Below, one piece after another: positions 45,883 to 56,442 of a DNA stretch of 64,000 bases (the stretch's first letter is position 1; each line of letters opens with the position of its first letter). Under the pieces are notes generated by a model. The model was not told the origin of the DNA. It did not search any database and was given only the letters and a program-made list of their open reading frames with translations. This stretch comes from Cellvibrionaceae bacterium (lineage in GTDB: Bacteria; Pseudomonadota; Gammaproteobacteria; Pseudomonadales; Cellvibrionaceae). The position numbers and the translations under genes are program-made. The stretch lies in the NCBI GenBank assembly GCA_050633885.1, contig JBOEHK010000002.1:853504-917503 (forward strand), written 5' to 3'.

Positions 45883-48252
45883 ATGCCTAAAGCTACAAAG
45901 AAATCCCCCGTTAAAAAGAAGTCTGTTGGTCGTGGTAAAACGACTCGAAAACGTTCGGTTAAAAATACCTCACAGCGAGCTTGGTATAACCCGCTTCGCT
46001 GGTGGAAGGTGTGGCTGGGTTTGTTGTCGGTGTGTTTTGTTGTTTTTGGTTTGGGTGTTGCTTATCTCGATCATGTTGTGCGCTCAAAGTTTGACGGAAA
46101 GAAATGGTCGTTACCGGCCCGTGTTTTTGCGAGACCGTTAGAGCTTTATGAAGGGCTGACCATTAATCGTGATCAACTCATTGCGGAATTAGAAGCGTTG
46201 GGTTATCAAAAGAGTCGACAGCCGACAAAACCAGGGTTGTTTTCGTCAACGGTTTTTGGTGTCAGTGGTTATACACGTGGTTTTTCTTTTTGGGATAAAG
46301 ATGAAAAAGCGCAAGGCTTTAGAGCTTATCTTGTGGGAAATACTATTTCGCGATTAGATGATTTGAATGGGAATTCATTGCCCATCGTTCGTTTTGAGCC
46401 GCAAGAGATTGGTGGTATTTATCCCGGTAAGAATGAAGATCGTTCGTTAGTGCGCTTGCAAGATATTCCGCCTATTTTAGGTCAGGCATTGATTGCTGTA
46501 GAAGATCGGTATTTTCTTGAGCATCATGGTGTTTCTCCGCGTGCAATTGTACGTGCGGCTATTGCGAATATTCGTTCAGGCAGTGTGGTTCAGGGGGGAA
46601 GCACCTTAACGCAACAACTGGTTAAAAACTTTTATTTAAGTCGGACGCAAAGCTTTTCGCGAAAATTAATTGAAGCGATTATGTCGTTGCAATTGGATTT
46701 TTATTACAGCAAAGCTGAAATTTTAGAAACTTATATTAATGAGGTTTATTTGGGGCAAGCGGGTGCCAGAGCTATTCATGGTTTTGCTTTGGGTTCGCAA
46801 CATTATTTTCGGCAACCGCTGAACGAATTAAAACTGCATCAAATTGCCTTGTTGGTGGGCGAGGTGAAGGGAGCGTCTTACTATAATCCTTGGAAGCGGC
46901 CGAAGCGAGCAAAAGAGCGTCGTGATTTGGTGTTGCAGATTATGAATAAGTCAGAATTAATTTCTGATGAAGAAATGAAAGCCGCTCAACAGTTGCCTTT
47001 AGATGTTGTCGATCAACCCAAAAATAGTCTTTATGAATATCCAGCCTTTATTGATTTGGTGAAACGGCAGTTAAAAGTCAATTATAAAGAAGAAGATTTA
47101 CGCAGTGAGGGCTTGCGTCTTTTTACGACGTTATCTCCTACTGTTCAGCGTTCTGCACAAAAAGCATTGACCGATCGATTAAAAAAATTGGAAGAAGATT
47201 TTGGTGTGAATGATGACGAGTTGCAAGGCGCTGTGGTTGTCACGGGTGTGGGTAGTGGTGAGGTTTTAGCGTTGGTGGGTGATCGCAATAGCGGTTTTAT
47301 GGGCTTTAATCGCGCACTGTCGGCTAAAAGATCGATTGGCTCTCTGGCAAAACCTGCCGTATTTTTAACAGCGCTTTCTCATCCAGAAAAATATTCTTTA
47401 GTGTCTAAAATTGATGATGAGCCGATAAGTATTGCGGGAGATAATGGTGATTTGTGGCAGCCGCAAAATTTTTCTCGTCAATCTCATGGTGAAGTCACCG
47501 TACTTGAAGCCTTGGCGTTATCGTATAATCAAGCCACGGCCCGTTTAGGTATGTCCGTGGGTATTGAGTCCGTCGTGAAGACAATGAATGATTTAGGTGT
47601 TGATGAAAAAATCCCGCCGTTACCGTCTTTGTTTTTAGGTGCAATTGATTTAACTCCGTTCCAAGTCAGTAATGTGTATCAAACGATTGCATCAGAAGGT
47701 GTGCATACGCCACAGAGAGCTATTCGTTATGTTCTCGATGCGAAGGGAGTTCCGCTTAATCGATATCCATTGGACTCTCAAACTCGATTTTCTCCCGAGA
47801 CGGTTCATGTTTTAAATTTTGGATTGCAAACAACGATGCGTTCAGGAACAGGGCGCTCAGCCTATCAAATATTACCCAGTGATCTTAACGTGGCGGGAAA
47901 GACAGGAACGTCTAATGAGCAACGTGACAGTTGGTTTGCTGGTTTTAGTAGTGATCATTTGGCGGTTGTTTGGGTTGGCCGTGATGATAATGGGCCGACG
48001 CCTTTAACGGGTGCGACTGGCGCATTAAAAGTGTGGTCTGATTTAATGGTGTCGATTCCTACTCGTCCGATTACGCCGCTAAGAACACCTAATGTGAGTT
48101 ATTACAATGTAAATTTAAACGATAGCACTGTCGTAAATGAGAGGTGCGCTTCTGGAATTGCGATTCCATTTATTCACGGCAGTGAGCCAAAACAGTTGGG
48201 CAAATGTAAAAGATTGTCTTCATTTGATAAAACGACGCTTTTTGAGGAATAA
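45883..48252 (+). CDS. mrcB: penicillin-binding protein 1B (bifunctional glycosyltransferase/transpeptidase)
   Basis: Basic N-tail plus TM, EDRYFLEHHGV and GGSTLTQQLVKN (GT51), SIGSLAKP (SxxK), SYN, KTGTS. Confidence 0.9.
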   Translation: MPKATKKSPVKKKSVGRGKTTRKRSVKNTSQRAWYNPLRWWKVWLGLLSVCFVVFGLGVAYLDHVVRSKFDGKKWSLPARVFARPLELYEGLTINRDQLIAELEALGYQKSRQPTKPGLFSSTVFGVSGYTRGFSFWDKDEKAQGFRAYLVGNTISRLDDLNGNSLPIVRFEPQEIGGIYPGKNEDRSLVRLQDIPPILGQALIAVEDRYFLEHHGVSPRAIVRAAIANIRSGSVVQGGSTLTQQLVKNFYLSRTQSFSRKLIEAIMSLQLDFYYSKAEILETYINEVYLGQAGARAIHGFALGSQHYFRQPLNELKLHQIALLVGEVKGASYYNPWKRPKRAKERRDLVLQIMNKSELISDEEMKAAQQLPLDVVDQPKNSLYEYPAFIDLVKRQLKVNYKEEDLRSEGLRLFTTLSPTVQRSAQKALTDRLKKLEEDFGVNDDELQGAVVVTGVGSGEVLALVGDRNSGFMGFNRALSAKRSIGSLAKPAVFLTALSHPEKYSLVSKIDDEPISIAGDNGDLWQPQNFSRQSHGEVTVLEALALSYNQATARLGMSVGIESVVKTMNDLGVDEKIPPLPSLFLGAIDLTPFQVSNVYQTIASEGVHTPQRAIRYVLDAKGVPLNRYPLDSQTRFSPETVHVLNFGLQTTMRSGTGRSAYQILPSDLNVAGKTGTSNEQRDSWFAGFSSDHLAVVWVGRDDNGPTPLTGATGALKVWSDLMVSIPTRPITPLRTPNVSYYNVNLNDSTVVNERCASGIAIPFIHGSEPKQLGKCKRLSSFDKTTLFEE

Positions 48253-48339
48253 CACGACAGTTCATTTTTACAAAAGATGTTCTAATCACTTATGATGCAT
48301 GGCGATATTATTGTTGTGTTTTTTTAGTTGTGTTTCTTT

Positions 48340-48361
48340 CGTTGTTAGATCGTTGTTAGAT
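48340..48361. repeat. tandem 11-mer cgttgttagat x2
   Basis: Read directly, 17 nt upstream of the TPR lipoprotein start. Confidence 0.85.
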
Positions 48362-48377
48362 TTTTGTAGAGTTTTTT

Positions 48378-48788
48378 ATGTTGTCATCTGCCCGTTTTTA
48401 TTTTTGTTTCGTTTTTATTTTATTGGTAAGTCTTTTAGGTTGTGTGCAGCAATCTTCAATTGAACCGTCTGAGATTCAAATAGAAGACACCCGTTCTCAA
48501 GAAGGACGCCCAAGCTCTTCTCGCGCTGTCGATAACATGATCATGGAGTCCAAGAGGCTGTTAGCCAATGGCGAGTGGGAAAGCGCTATTGCGATGGCAG
48601 AGCGTGGTATGCGAATTGATAGGCGAGTACCTGAGTTGTATCTTATTTTGGCTGAAGGCTACAAAGGATTAAACGATATGACGAGGGCTCAGCAGTTTGC
48701 ACAGCAAGGGCTTAGATATGTTGGAGAAGAGAATAACCAAGAAGTGGTTGAGAGCTTGAGGCATCTAGAAGGGTTGAAAACTCAATAG
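48378..48788 (+). CDS. small TPR lipoprotein adjacent to mrcB, LpoP-like candidate
   Basis: Lipobox SLLGCV, Ser/Glu-rich linker, TPR-like helices (WESAIAMAERGMRIDRRVPELYLILAEGYKGLNDMTRAQQFAQQGL). Confidence 0.5.
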   Translation: MLSSARFYFCFVFILLVSLLGCVQQSSIEPSEIQIEDTRSQEGRPSSSRAVDNMIMESKRLLANGEWESAIAMAERGMRIDRRVPELYLILAEGYKGLNDMTRAQQFAQQGLRYVGEENNQEVVESLRHLEGLKTQ

Positions 48789-49234
48789 TCCTTAATCCTT
48801 CGATTTGTTCGTTTTTGAACGGGCTAATTGAGTAAAAAAGGGACAGTGTTGGGTCTGGCTCTGGTATGTCTAGTCGGTTGTTTTATTTCATATTTCTATT
48901 TGTCGTGCGGGTCGTAGTTTGGGTTGCAAGCTGGATTGCAGTATAGGCTTACAATGAGTTGTTCTGTCTATAAGTGCGCCTAGCGGTCATTCAGCCCCTT
49001 GAATCACCCTCTCAGCCACCGTATTTTATGACCTAGTTCTCCTTTAATGCTAGTATTTGACTGTTTTGAATCCCCTTAGCTTCAATAATTACAGCGGCTG
49101 GGCCATCGCTGAACTATTATTAATCAAACGTGCTAAGTAATAGAAAAAATATGGCAAAGTCCTTCATCATTCGTCAAATAGCTTCCTTGATGATGATTTA
49201 CGAATAGTAATGGTTAACTCTAACTTGGAATATT

Positions 49235-51751
49235 ATGAACGATAACCGTCATGACTCTACTAATTCACACCTTTCTTCGGTTGGTCAGTATCCAGAAGCG
49301 GCTGTGATTGAGCACTTAAAAAGATGCCAGAAAATTGCTGCTGAACACTCAGAAGATATTTTTAAGCATTTTGCCGCGGCGTTAGACGCCAAATTATTGG
49401 AGTTTTCTGATAGCGCAAAAACAAATCAGGAAGTGAGCCGATTACAAGATACCGTCAGAGAGTTTCGCTCCAAGAATAAAGAATTGCAGCGTCATTTTAT
49501 TAATCACTTGGCTGATGGTTTTGTTAAATTTAAATCTAAAAAATTAAATACAAAAACTGGCGAAGATAAGTATAAAAGCGATATGTTATCGCTGGTCGAT
49601 AATTCAGATTTAGAAGAAACTATTGCAGTGTCTTCGGTTGTTCATCGTGCTGATGAACATTATGGCGAGACTTTGTGGTATTTGAATCAACGCTTTGGTG
49701 TTTTGAATGGCGGCGAATCAGTTTCAGAAACAAATAACCCGATTAGCCCTATACAGTTTTGTGAATCCCTGCGGAAAGCGCTAAAAGTATTATCGGTTGA
49801 TACTAAAGCCAAAATTATTACTTACAAAGTGTTTGATAAAGAATTTATCAGTCGTATTGGTAGTGTGTTTGCTGAGTTGAATCAGTATTTTGCAAGAGAA
49901 AAAATTCTTCCTAATCTAAGATATGACGCCTCTTTAGCGCGAGCCTCACAAGCAAACGCCAGTGCAGATTTATCTCTGCCAAGTTTTGAAGAAGCGGTAC
50001 AGAGCGATCAAGGTTATGCTCAGCAAGAGACAGAAGTTTCGTTGCCACAATCACACACACAGCAGCCTCAACCACAGCGATCTCCATTTCAATCACAACC
50101 ATTACCAGCATCAAATATTGTTGCGACACCAGATTCAAATGCGTCTCCCGGTGAATACCAAGGCGGTCTTGTAGATGCGATTAAAATTTTACAAAATCAT
50201 ATTAATACTGTGACAGGTGGCGCTCCATCATCTGGGCCGCAAGGTATTGTTCAAAACACAGCTCCTCCACCACAATCGTTAAGTAATCCTCAAGTACAGC
50301 CAGCTGACAGTGCGGTTGCAAGCGCGGGAGGTGCAGCTGCACCCGGTGGAATGGTGGCTACGGGTTCAGTTTATTCAAATAATCAATTAGTGTCAGCGCT
50401 GCAAAATTTGCAAACGCAAGCATTTACCTCAACAGCGGGCTTAGTGGATACGCCTACAGGTGAGATGCAAGCTATTACGCCTCAAACAATTGAGGCAGTG
50501 AATCAAAATCTTGTTAATCAGTTACAAGAAGAAGCAGAAGACGGAAAAGTTGATGAAGTGGATATGCACACCATTGAATTGGTGGGTATGTTGTTTGAGT
50601 ACATGCTGTCTGATGACCATCTTCCCGATTCAATTAAAGCAATTTTAAGCTATTTGCATACGCCATTCTTAAAAGTAGCTTTTTTAGATAAAACTTTTTT
50701 TGAGAAAACTGAACATCCTGCACGTTTGTTATTAAACGCTCTTGCCGAGGCTGGCACCAAGTGGGTGAGTAATGATGGCACGTCGCAATATGAAATTTAT
50801 ACGAAAGTTAAACAAGTTGTTTCAAAAGTTTTAGAAGATTTTGATAAAGATGTCCGCTTGTTTGCGGAATTACTTTTAGAGTTTAGTTCTTATGTTAAGA
50901 AAATTTCTCGTCGCCAAGACCTTATGGAAAAACGGGCGATGGAGAAAGTTCAAGGAGAAGAAAAACTCCGTGAAGTAAAAATGCGAGTTAACAAAGAAGT
51001 GCGCTCACGAACCGACGGCAAAGAATTACCATCAGCTGTTCTGCTTCTCTTGTTGCAACCTTGGTCAGATTATCTGGCATTTTTATTATTACGTTATGGT
51101 GATCAATCAGAGCTGTGGGGGAAAGCAATTAGTGCCGTTGATGATTTGTTGTGGAGTATTCAGGCTAAGACTGACCCCGCTGAAAAAGCTCGCCATGAAG
51201 ATTTATTGGATGATTTGCTCGATACGATTGATAGCGGTTTTGAAACTATCGGCTATGATCAAGCTAAGGGTAAAAAATTAGTAGAAGCCATAGTTTCATT
51301 ACAGCAAATGGCTTTACAGAGCCAAGAAATAGAAGTTGCACCAGAACCAGAACGCGAAAAACTGGAGTCTATGGCCGCAGAGAAAGCAGGGCATACAGAT
51401 GAACTGCTAGAAGATGCGACACCAGAAGAAGCGAAGATGGTTGAAAACTTGAAGATGATTGAGTTTGGAACATGGTTTGAATTTGAAGGTGGAAAGCGCT
51501 TAAAGGTGGCTTGGTATAACTCTAAAACAATGCACTACATGCTTGTCGATCAAATGGGAAAAAAAGTGGCGATGCAATCGGGATTAGAGTTGGCTAGAGG
51601 TATGTTGTCTGGTGAAACAAAAGTGATTGCTGGAAGTTCGAAACCATTCTTTGAGCGTGCATTAGAAAATATTTTCCAAAACCTCAATGCAAAAGCTGAA
51701 GCGTTAAGCGCTGACGACTCAGAGTTAGAGGAAACACAGATAGAGGATTAA
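49235..51751 (+). CDS. DUF1631 family protein with central Pro/Gln-rich low-complexity region
   Basis: Block ELVGMLFEYMLSDDHLPDSIKAILSYLHTPFLKVAFLDKTFFEKTEHPARLLLNALAEAG matches my recollection of the DUF1631 signature. Confidence 0.65.
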   Translation: MNDNRHDSTNSHLSSVGQYPEAAVIEHLKRCQKIAAEHSEDIFKHFAAALDAKLLEFSDSAKTNQEVSRLQDTVREFRSKNKELQRHFINHLADGFVKFKSKKLNTKTGEDKYKSDMLSLVDNSDLEETIAVSSVVHRADEHYGETLWYLNQRFGVLNGGESVSETNNPISPIQFCESLRKALKVLSVDTKAKIITYKVFDKEFISRIGSVFAELNQYFAREKILPNLRYDASLARASQANASADLSLPSFEEAVQSDQGYAQQETEVSLPQSHTQQPQPQRSPFQSQPLPASNIVATPDSNASPGEYQGGLVDAIKILQNHINTVTGGAPSSGPQGIVQNTAPPPQSLSNPQVQPADSAVASAGGAAAPGGMVATGSVYSNNQLVSALQNLQTQAFTSTAGLVDTPTGEMQAITPQTIEAVNQNLVNQLQEEAEDGKVDEVDMHTIELVGMLFEYMLSDDHLPDSIKAILSYLHTPFLKVAFLDKTFFEKTEHPARLLLNALAEAGTKWVSNDGTSQYEIYTKVKQVVSKVLEDFDKDVRLFAELLLEFSSYVKKISRRQDLMEKRAMEKVQGEEKLREVKMRVNKEVRSRTDGKELPSAVLLLLLQPWSDYLAFLLLRYGDQSELWGKAISAVDDLLWSIQAKTDPAEKARHEDLLDDLLDTIDSGFETIGYDQAKGKKLVEAIVSLQQMALQSQEIEVAPEPEREKLESMAAEKAGHTDELLEDATPEEAKMVENLKMIEFGTWFEFEGGKRLKVAWYNSKTMHYMLVDQMGKKVAMQSGLELARGMLSGETKVIAGSSKPFFERALENIFQNLNAKAEALSADDSELEETQIED

Positions 51752-51754
51752 AAT

Positions 51755-52111
51755 ATGCAAGATTCAAGCTCGCCATCCAATAAACGAACCTTGCGACGGA
51801 ATTATTTGTCGGACCCCATTAATGTGTATGACCGACCTAGCCAGTCTTTTTTAGGTCGGCTTGTGAATATACATTCGGAAGGTCTTCTGATTATGGGAAA
51901 TTATCCCTTTGAAGAGGGGCGAGTCTATGAAATAGAACTGAATTTACCTGAGGCCGTTAACAGTAAAACAAAAATATCTTTAGGTATTGATTGTTTGTGG
52001 ACTCAAACAGAAGACGGTAATGTCGCTTATTGGGCGGGCTGTAGAATTATTGATATTTCTGATGATACTATCGCCGACCTTGATGTGTTAATTGAGAAGT
52101 TTGGGGAGTAA
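51755..52111 (+). CDS. PilZ-like domain protein, apparently degenerate c-di-GMP motifs
   Basis: 118 aa. LRRNYL where RxxxR is expected, and NIHSEG where (D/N)xSxxG is expected. Starts 3 nt after the DUF1631 stop. Confidence 0.45.
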   Translation: MQDSSSPSNKRTLRRNYLSDPINVYDRPSQSFLGRLVNIHSEGLLIMGNYPFEEGRVYEIELNLPEAVNSKTKISLGIDCLWTQTEDGNVAYWAGCRIIDISDDTIADLDVLIEKFGE

Positions 52112-52150
52112 ACCAAACTTTTGCAATAAGACGTCCCGCAGAGTTGTTTG

Positions 52151-53338
52151 CTAATTATTTTTTTTGAGTAATTCTCTTATTGAATGCGCCAGTCGTTTTA
52201 TCCCTATCTCTATGGTTTCTTCATCTACGCATGAATAATTCAATCGCAATGTGTTCACGCCGGTCTTATTAATATAGAACGGGTCTCCCGGTACAAATAA
52301 CACTTTTTCTTTGGCGGCTAATTGAAATAGATCTAGCGCGCTTATATTTTTTGGCAGTGTTGCCCATAAAAACATGCCACCTTCCGGTCTTGTAAAGCTC
52401 ACTTCTTTTGGAAAATATTTTTCTAAACATTGGATCATGGTATTTTTTTGATTGCCATAGGATTTGATGATTGTTTCTATGTGCTTGTTTAGATCGCAAT
52501 CCGTTAAATATTGATGAATGATGCATTGGCTTAATTGATTGGTGTGTAGATCTGAAGCTTGCTTTGCGATGATGAGCTTTTCCATTAAGTCATCAGGGGC
52601 AACGATCCAGCCAATACGAAAGCCGGGTACTACTGTTTTAGAAAAAGAGCCTAATAAAATTGTGTTGTCAGGCATCAAGGCTTTAAAGGATGTTTGAGTG
52701 TCACCTTCAAAACGTAAATCTCCGTAAGGATTGTCTTCAATTAAAAAGCAATCGGTTCCTTTAACTGTGTCTGCGATTAACTGTCGATTTGCATTGGGAT
52801 AAGTGATTCCTGAGGGATTTTGAAAGTTTGGAACGGTATAAATTAATTTTGGTTGCTCGTGAGCCACCGCATATTTTAGCTTGTCGAGATCCATACCTTC
52901 AGCGTTAACAGGAATTGGTAGAAATCTTGGGCGATATAATGAGAACGCTTGAATGGCGCCCAAATAACCCGGCTCTTCAATAATTAATCCATCGTTATCA
53001 TTGATTAAAGTTTTTCCTAGTAAATCTAGGCCTTGCTGAGAACCGCTGGTAATTAAAATCGATTCTACCGGTATTGATAGACCTTGTTGTGCATATTGTT
53101 GGGCGATGTATTCTCTTAAGGGTAAGTAGCCTTCGGAATTACTGTATTGCAAAACATCTTTGCCAATGGTTTCGAAGACTTTGTTTGTCGCATCTTGAAT
53201 TCCGTCAATAGGAAATAATTCTCGATTAGGCAGCCCACCAGCAAAAGAAATTGTTCCCGGTTGTAGAGCGTCTTTCAGAATTTCCCGAATAAATGATCGG
53301 GGTACATCGGTTACTCTGTCGGCAAATAGTTTATTCAT
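52151..53338 (-). CDS. PLP-dependent aminotransferase, class I/II
   Basis: GSFSKTVVPGFRIGW (PLP lysine), NPSG, about 395 aa. Confidence 0.8.
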   Translation of the reverse strand: MNKLFADRVTDVPRSFIREILKDALQPGTISFAGGLPNRELFPIDGIQDATNKVFETIGKDVLQYSNSEGYLPLREYIAQQYAQQGLSIPVESILITSGSQQGLDLLGKTLINDNDGLIIEEPGYLGAIQAFSLYRPRFLPIPVNAEGMDLDKLKYAVAHEQPKLIYTVPNFQNPSGITYPNANRQLIADTVKGTDCFLIEDNPYGDLRFEGDTQTSFKALMPDNTILLGSFSKTVVPGFRIGWIVAPDDLMEKLIIAKQASDLHTNQLSQCIIHQYLTDCDLNKHIETIIKSYGNQKNTMIQCLEKYFPKEVSFTRPEGGMFLWATLPKNISALDLFQLAAKEKVLFVPGDPFYINKTGVNTLRLNYSCVDEETIEIGIKRLAHSIRELLKKNN

Positions 53339-53389
53339 ATTTTTATTTTTAATTTTTTTTTCAGTTTAAAATTTTCATTGAAGAAAATA

Positions 53390-54673
53390 TTATCGCAAAG
53401 CGGCAAACGATTTTTTTGCAGCATCAAGCGTTTTTTGAATATCAATGTCAGAGTGAGCCTTTGACATGAATCCTGCTTCATAGGAGGCGGGAGCTAGGTT
53501 TACACCGTTATCAAGCATGAGGTGGAAAAATTGATTAAAGCGTTCGGTGTTACCGTTGATGACTTGGTCGTAGCGAGTCACTTTTTTCTCGTCGGTAAAA
53601 AATATTCCAAACATTGTACCAACATGGTTGGTTGTAAAAGGTATCCCCGCTTCGTCTGCAAGCTGTTGCATTCCGTTCATCAGTTTTTCTGTCGCGGCAA
53701 AAATAGATTTGTAAAAGTTGGGTGCTGATATTAGTTCAAGATTTTTTAAACCTGCACGCATGGCGATGGGATTTCCCGAGAGAGTACCTGCTTGGTAAAT
53801 GGGACCCAAAGGCGCAATCTGTTCCATGATTTCTTTTTTTCCACCGAAAGCACCAACGGGCATTCCGCCACCGATTACTTTTCCTAATGTGGTAATGTCT
53901 GGTTCGATATTGTAATGCCCTTGTGCTCCATCTAGAGCGACACGAAACCCTGTCATTACTTCATCAAAAATTAACAAAGCACCAGATTTTGTACATTCTT
54001 CGCGAAGGGCTTCTAGAAAGCCAGGTACTGGTGGAATGCAATTCATGTTGCCTGCAACTGGCTCAACAATGATACAAGCGACTTCGTCACCATATTTTTT
54101 AAACGCTTCTTTGGCTTCTTCAATGTTGTTGTAAGACAAAGTGATAGTATGTTGTGTTAGCGAGGAGGGAACACCGGGAGAGCTAGGAACGCCGAGTGTT
54201 AGCGCACCAGAGCCTGCTTTGACTAATAATGAGTCGGAGTGACCGTGATAACAACCCTCAAATTTTATGATTTTATCTCGTCCCGTATAGCCTCTTGCTA
54301 AACGAATTGCACTCATGGTTGCTTCCGTTCCTGAACTTACAAATCGAATTAAATCCATACTGGTATAAATAGAGCAAATTTTTTCGGCTAGTTCAGTTTC
54401 TAGTGCTGTGGGTGCTCCAAAGCTTAATCCAAAATCCATTTGATCTTTGACGACTTGAATGACGTCGGGGTGAGCGTGTCCTAAAATCATGGGGCCCCAA
54501 GATTGAACGTAATCAATGTAGCGGCGATCATCTTCATCGAAAATGTATGCGCCTTTTGCAGATTTAATAAACAAAGGCGTTCCGCCAACGGCTTTAAATG
54601 CGCGAACAGGCGAGTTAACGCCACCTGGAATAATATGTTGTGCTTTTGCAAAAAGTTCTTCTGAATGAGTCAT
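53390..54673 (-). CDS. hemL: glutamate-1-semialdehyde 2,1-aminomutase
   Basis: [37 protein letters not shown]. Confidence 0.95.
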   Translation of the reverse strand: MTHSEELFAKAQHIIPGGVNSPVRAFKAVGGTPLFIKSAKGAYIFDEDDRRYIDYVQSWGPMILGHAHPDVIQVVKDQMDFGLSFGAPTALETELAEKICSIYTSMDLIRFVSSGTEATMSAIRLARGYTGRDKIIKFEGCYHGHSDSLLVKAGSGALTLGVPSSPGVPSSLTQHTITLSYNNIEEAKEAFKKYGDEVACIIVEPVAGNMNCIPPVPGFLEALREECTKSGALLIFDEVMTGFRVALDGAQGHYNIEPDITTLGKVIGGGMPVGAFGGKKEIMEQIAPLGPIYQAGTLSGNPIAMRAGLKNLELISAPNFYKSIFAATEKLMNGMQQLADEAGIPFTTNHVGTMFGIFFTDEKKVTRYDQVINGNTERFNQFFHLMLDNGVNLAPASYEAGFMSKAHSDIDIQKTLDAAKKSFAALR

Positions 54674-54749
54674 GAAAATTCTCTGGACGTGTTAAAAATG
54701 ATTCAAAAAATAAGGGTAATAATTCATTGAGTGTGTGCTTTATCTCTTA

Positions 54750-55397
54750 TCATCTCTCATTAAACAAAGATTGATATAAGCGTGTTTGTTTTTCAATTGT
54801 TCGGTTATGGCTTGCGCTTGGTAATACGCATCTAGAAAATAGATCGTTGCTAATAGCAATGCTATCTACACCTGCGGCAATAAGCTGGGAAGCATTATCG
54901 TCGTTGATGCCTCCAATGGCTACAATGGGCTTGTTCAGTATTTTTTTAGCTTCAGCAATCAGAGAAATTGGAGCTGGTAATGCTGCTGGTTTTGTCTGTG
55001 AAGGAAAAAAACGTCCGAAAGCAACGTAAGATGCTCCTGCTTTTATTGCATCTTGTGCCAGAGATAGCGAATCATGACAAGTTGACCCAATAATTGCTTG
55101 AGAGCCTAAAGCTTTTCTCGCTTTTTCAATAGTCTCATCATCCTGTCCAAGATGAACGCCGTCGGCTCTAATAATTTCAGCCAGTTCTATTGAATCATTG
55201 ATAATGAGGCGAGCGTTATAGCGATCGCAGAGAGTTCGAAGTAACTTCCCTTGTTGGATTTTGTCAGCAAAATCTAGATGTTTGTTTCTGTATTGTAATA
55301 GAGAGCAACCACCCTCTAGAGTAGCTTCGGCTTTAGCCGCGAAGCTTTCTCCTTGCATACATTCTTCGTTAGTAATGGCGTATAAACCGGTGATCAC
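54750..55397 (-). CDS. thiE: thiamine-phosphate synthase
   Basis: GLYAITN, LLQYRNK, GVHLGQDD, IVAIGGI. Confidence 0.9.
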   Translation of the reverse strand: MITGLYAITNEECMQGESFAAKAEATLEGGCSLLQYRNKHLDFADKIQQGKLLRTLCDRYNARLIINDSIELAEIIRADGVHLGQDDETIEKARKALGSQAIIGSTCHDSLSLAQDAIKAGASYVAFGRFFPSQTKPAALPAPISLIAEAKKILNKPIVAIGGINDDNASQLIAAGVDSIAISNDLFSRCVLPSASHNRTIEKQTRLYQSLFNER

Positions 55398-55614
55398 AAG
55401 TCGTTAATCTATTAAAAATAAAAAGTATTAAAAATACGGTTAGGATTCTGTAAAAGTTCACAGTGAGTAAATAGAAGCTATGGATTGTATCATGAGTCTT
55501 GGGCGGGACAGTTAATTCTTGATAGCGAATTAAGTGGGATTTTGCTTTAGGTAATAGGAATGAATAGCGAATTTGGAAGGAGCGGAAATAACGACGCTGT
55601 CTTCCACTCTTTTT

Positions 55615-56442
55615 TTAGGAGATATTTCGCTTTTGTCCTTGCGAGGCTTTGTTGGCCCAATGCATACGATTGGGTATTTGCCGTCCCATACCAAGTCTGC
55701 GAGAAGCGGCCAGTGCTTCCCAGGTGAATTGTTGGGCTTGCTGCACGGCTTCTTCTACTCGAATTCCATGAGCAAGATAGGAAGAAATACTGGCTGATAA
55801 TGTCGCGCCAGCTCCATGGCTCAGCATTTTTAAGCGTGGCCAATCATAATGTTTGACGACACGTCTATTTGCATAAAGTGTGTTGCCGTAGTTGTCGGCT
55901 GTTCGAACAGAGCCACTAACCATGACGTAATCACAACCCGTTTCTAAAATTTCATGAGCGCAGGCATCTACGGTGTCAGCTTGTCGGGCGAATTGTTGTG
56001 CTTCTACGCTATCGGGAGTAGCGATGGTTGTCATTGGCAGTAAAAGCGCTTGAGTTGCTCGAATGATTCCTGGTGTATTGAACAATTCGTTACTGAATTC
56101 TGCGATCACTGGGTCGAGGATGACAGGAATGTCGGGATAATCACAGAGAATGGCGTGTATAGCCTCAACGTTTTCTACGGTTGCCATCATACCAATCTTA
56201 ATCGCTCTGACAGGCATGTCTTCGAGGATGGCTCTGGTCTGCTCAATCAGAAAACCAGTTTCTGTAGCAATAATATCTTTGAGTGACTGTGTGTCTTTAG
56301 CGCAGACAGCGGTAATAATGGGTGTGCAATGGCATCCCAAACTGGAAGCGGTTTCTATGTCGGCCTGAATGCCAGAACTACCGGTAGGATCATGGCTAGA
56401 TAAGCTAATGATGACTGGGGTTTGGTCGGCATAGTGGTTCAT
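55615..56442 (-). CDS. thiD: hydroxymethylpyrimidine/phosphomethylpyrimidine kinase
   Basis: SSHDPTGSSGIQADIET, IKIGMM, HGAGATLSASI. Confidence 0.9.
   Translation of the reverse strand: MNHYADQTPVIISLSSHDPTGSSGIQADIETASSLGCHCTPIITAVCAKDTQSLKDIIATETGFLIEQTRAILEDMPVRAIKIGMMATVENVEAIHAILCDYPDIPVILDPVIAEFSNELFNTPGIIRATQALLLPMTTIATPDSVEAQQFARQADTVDACAHEILETGCDYVMVSGSVRTADNYGNTLYANRRVVKHYDWPRLKMLSHGAGATLSASISSYLAHGIRVEEAVQQAQQFTWEALAASRRLGMGRQIPNRMHWANKASQGQKRNIS

Noticed and set aside
55398-55843. ORFs 55547..55843 (-) and 55573..55797 (+) in or near the thiD-thiE gap.
   Set aside because: They overlap the thiD 3' end or each other and have no recognisable motifs. They are more likely non-coding spacer.
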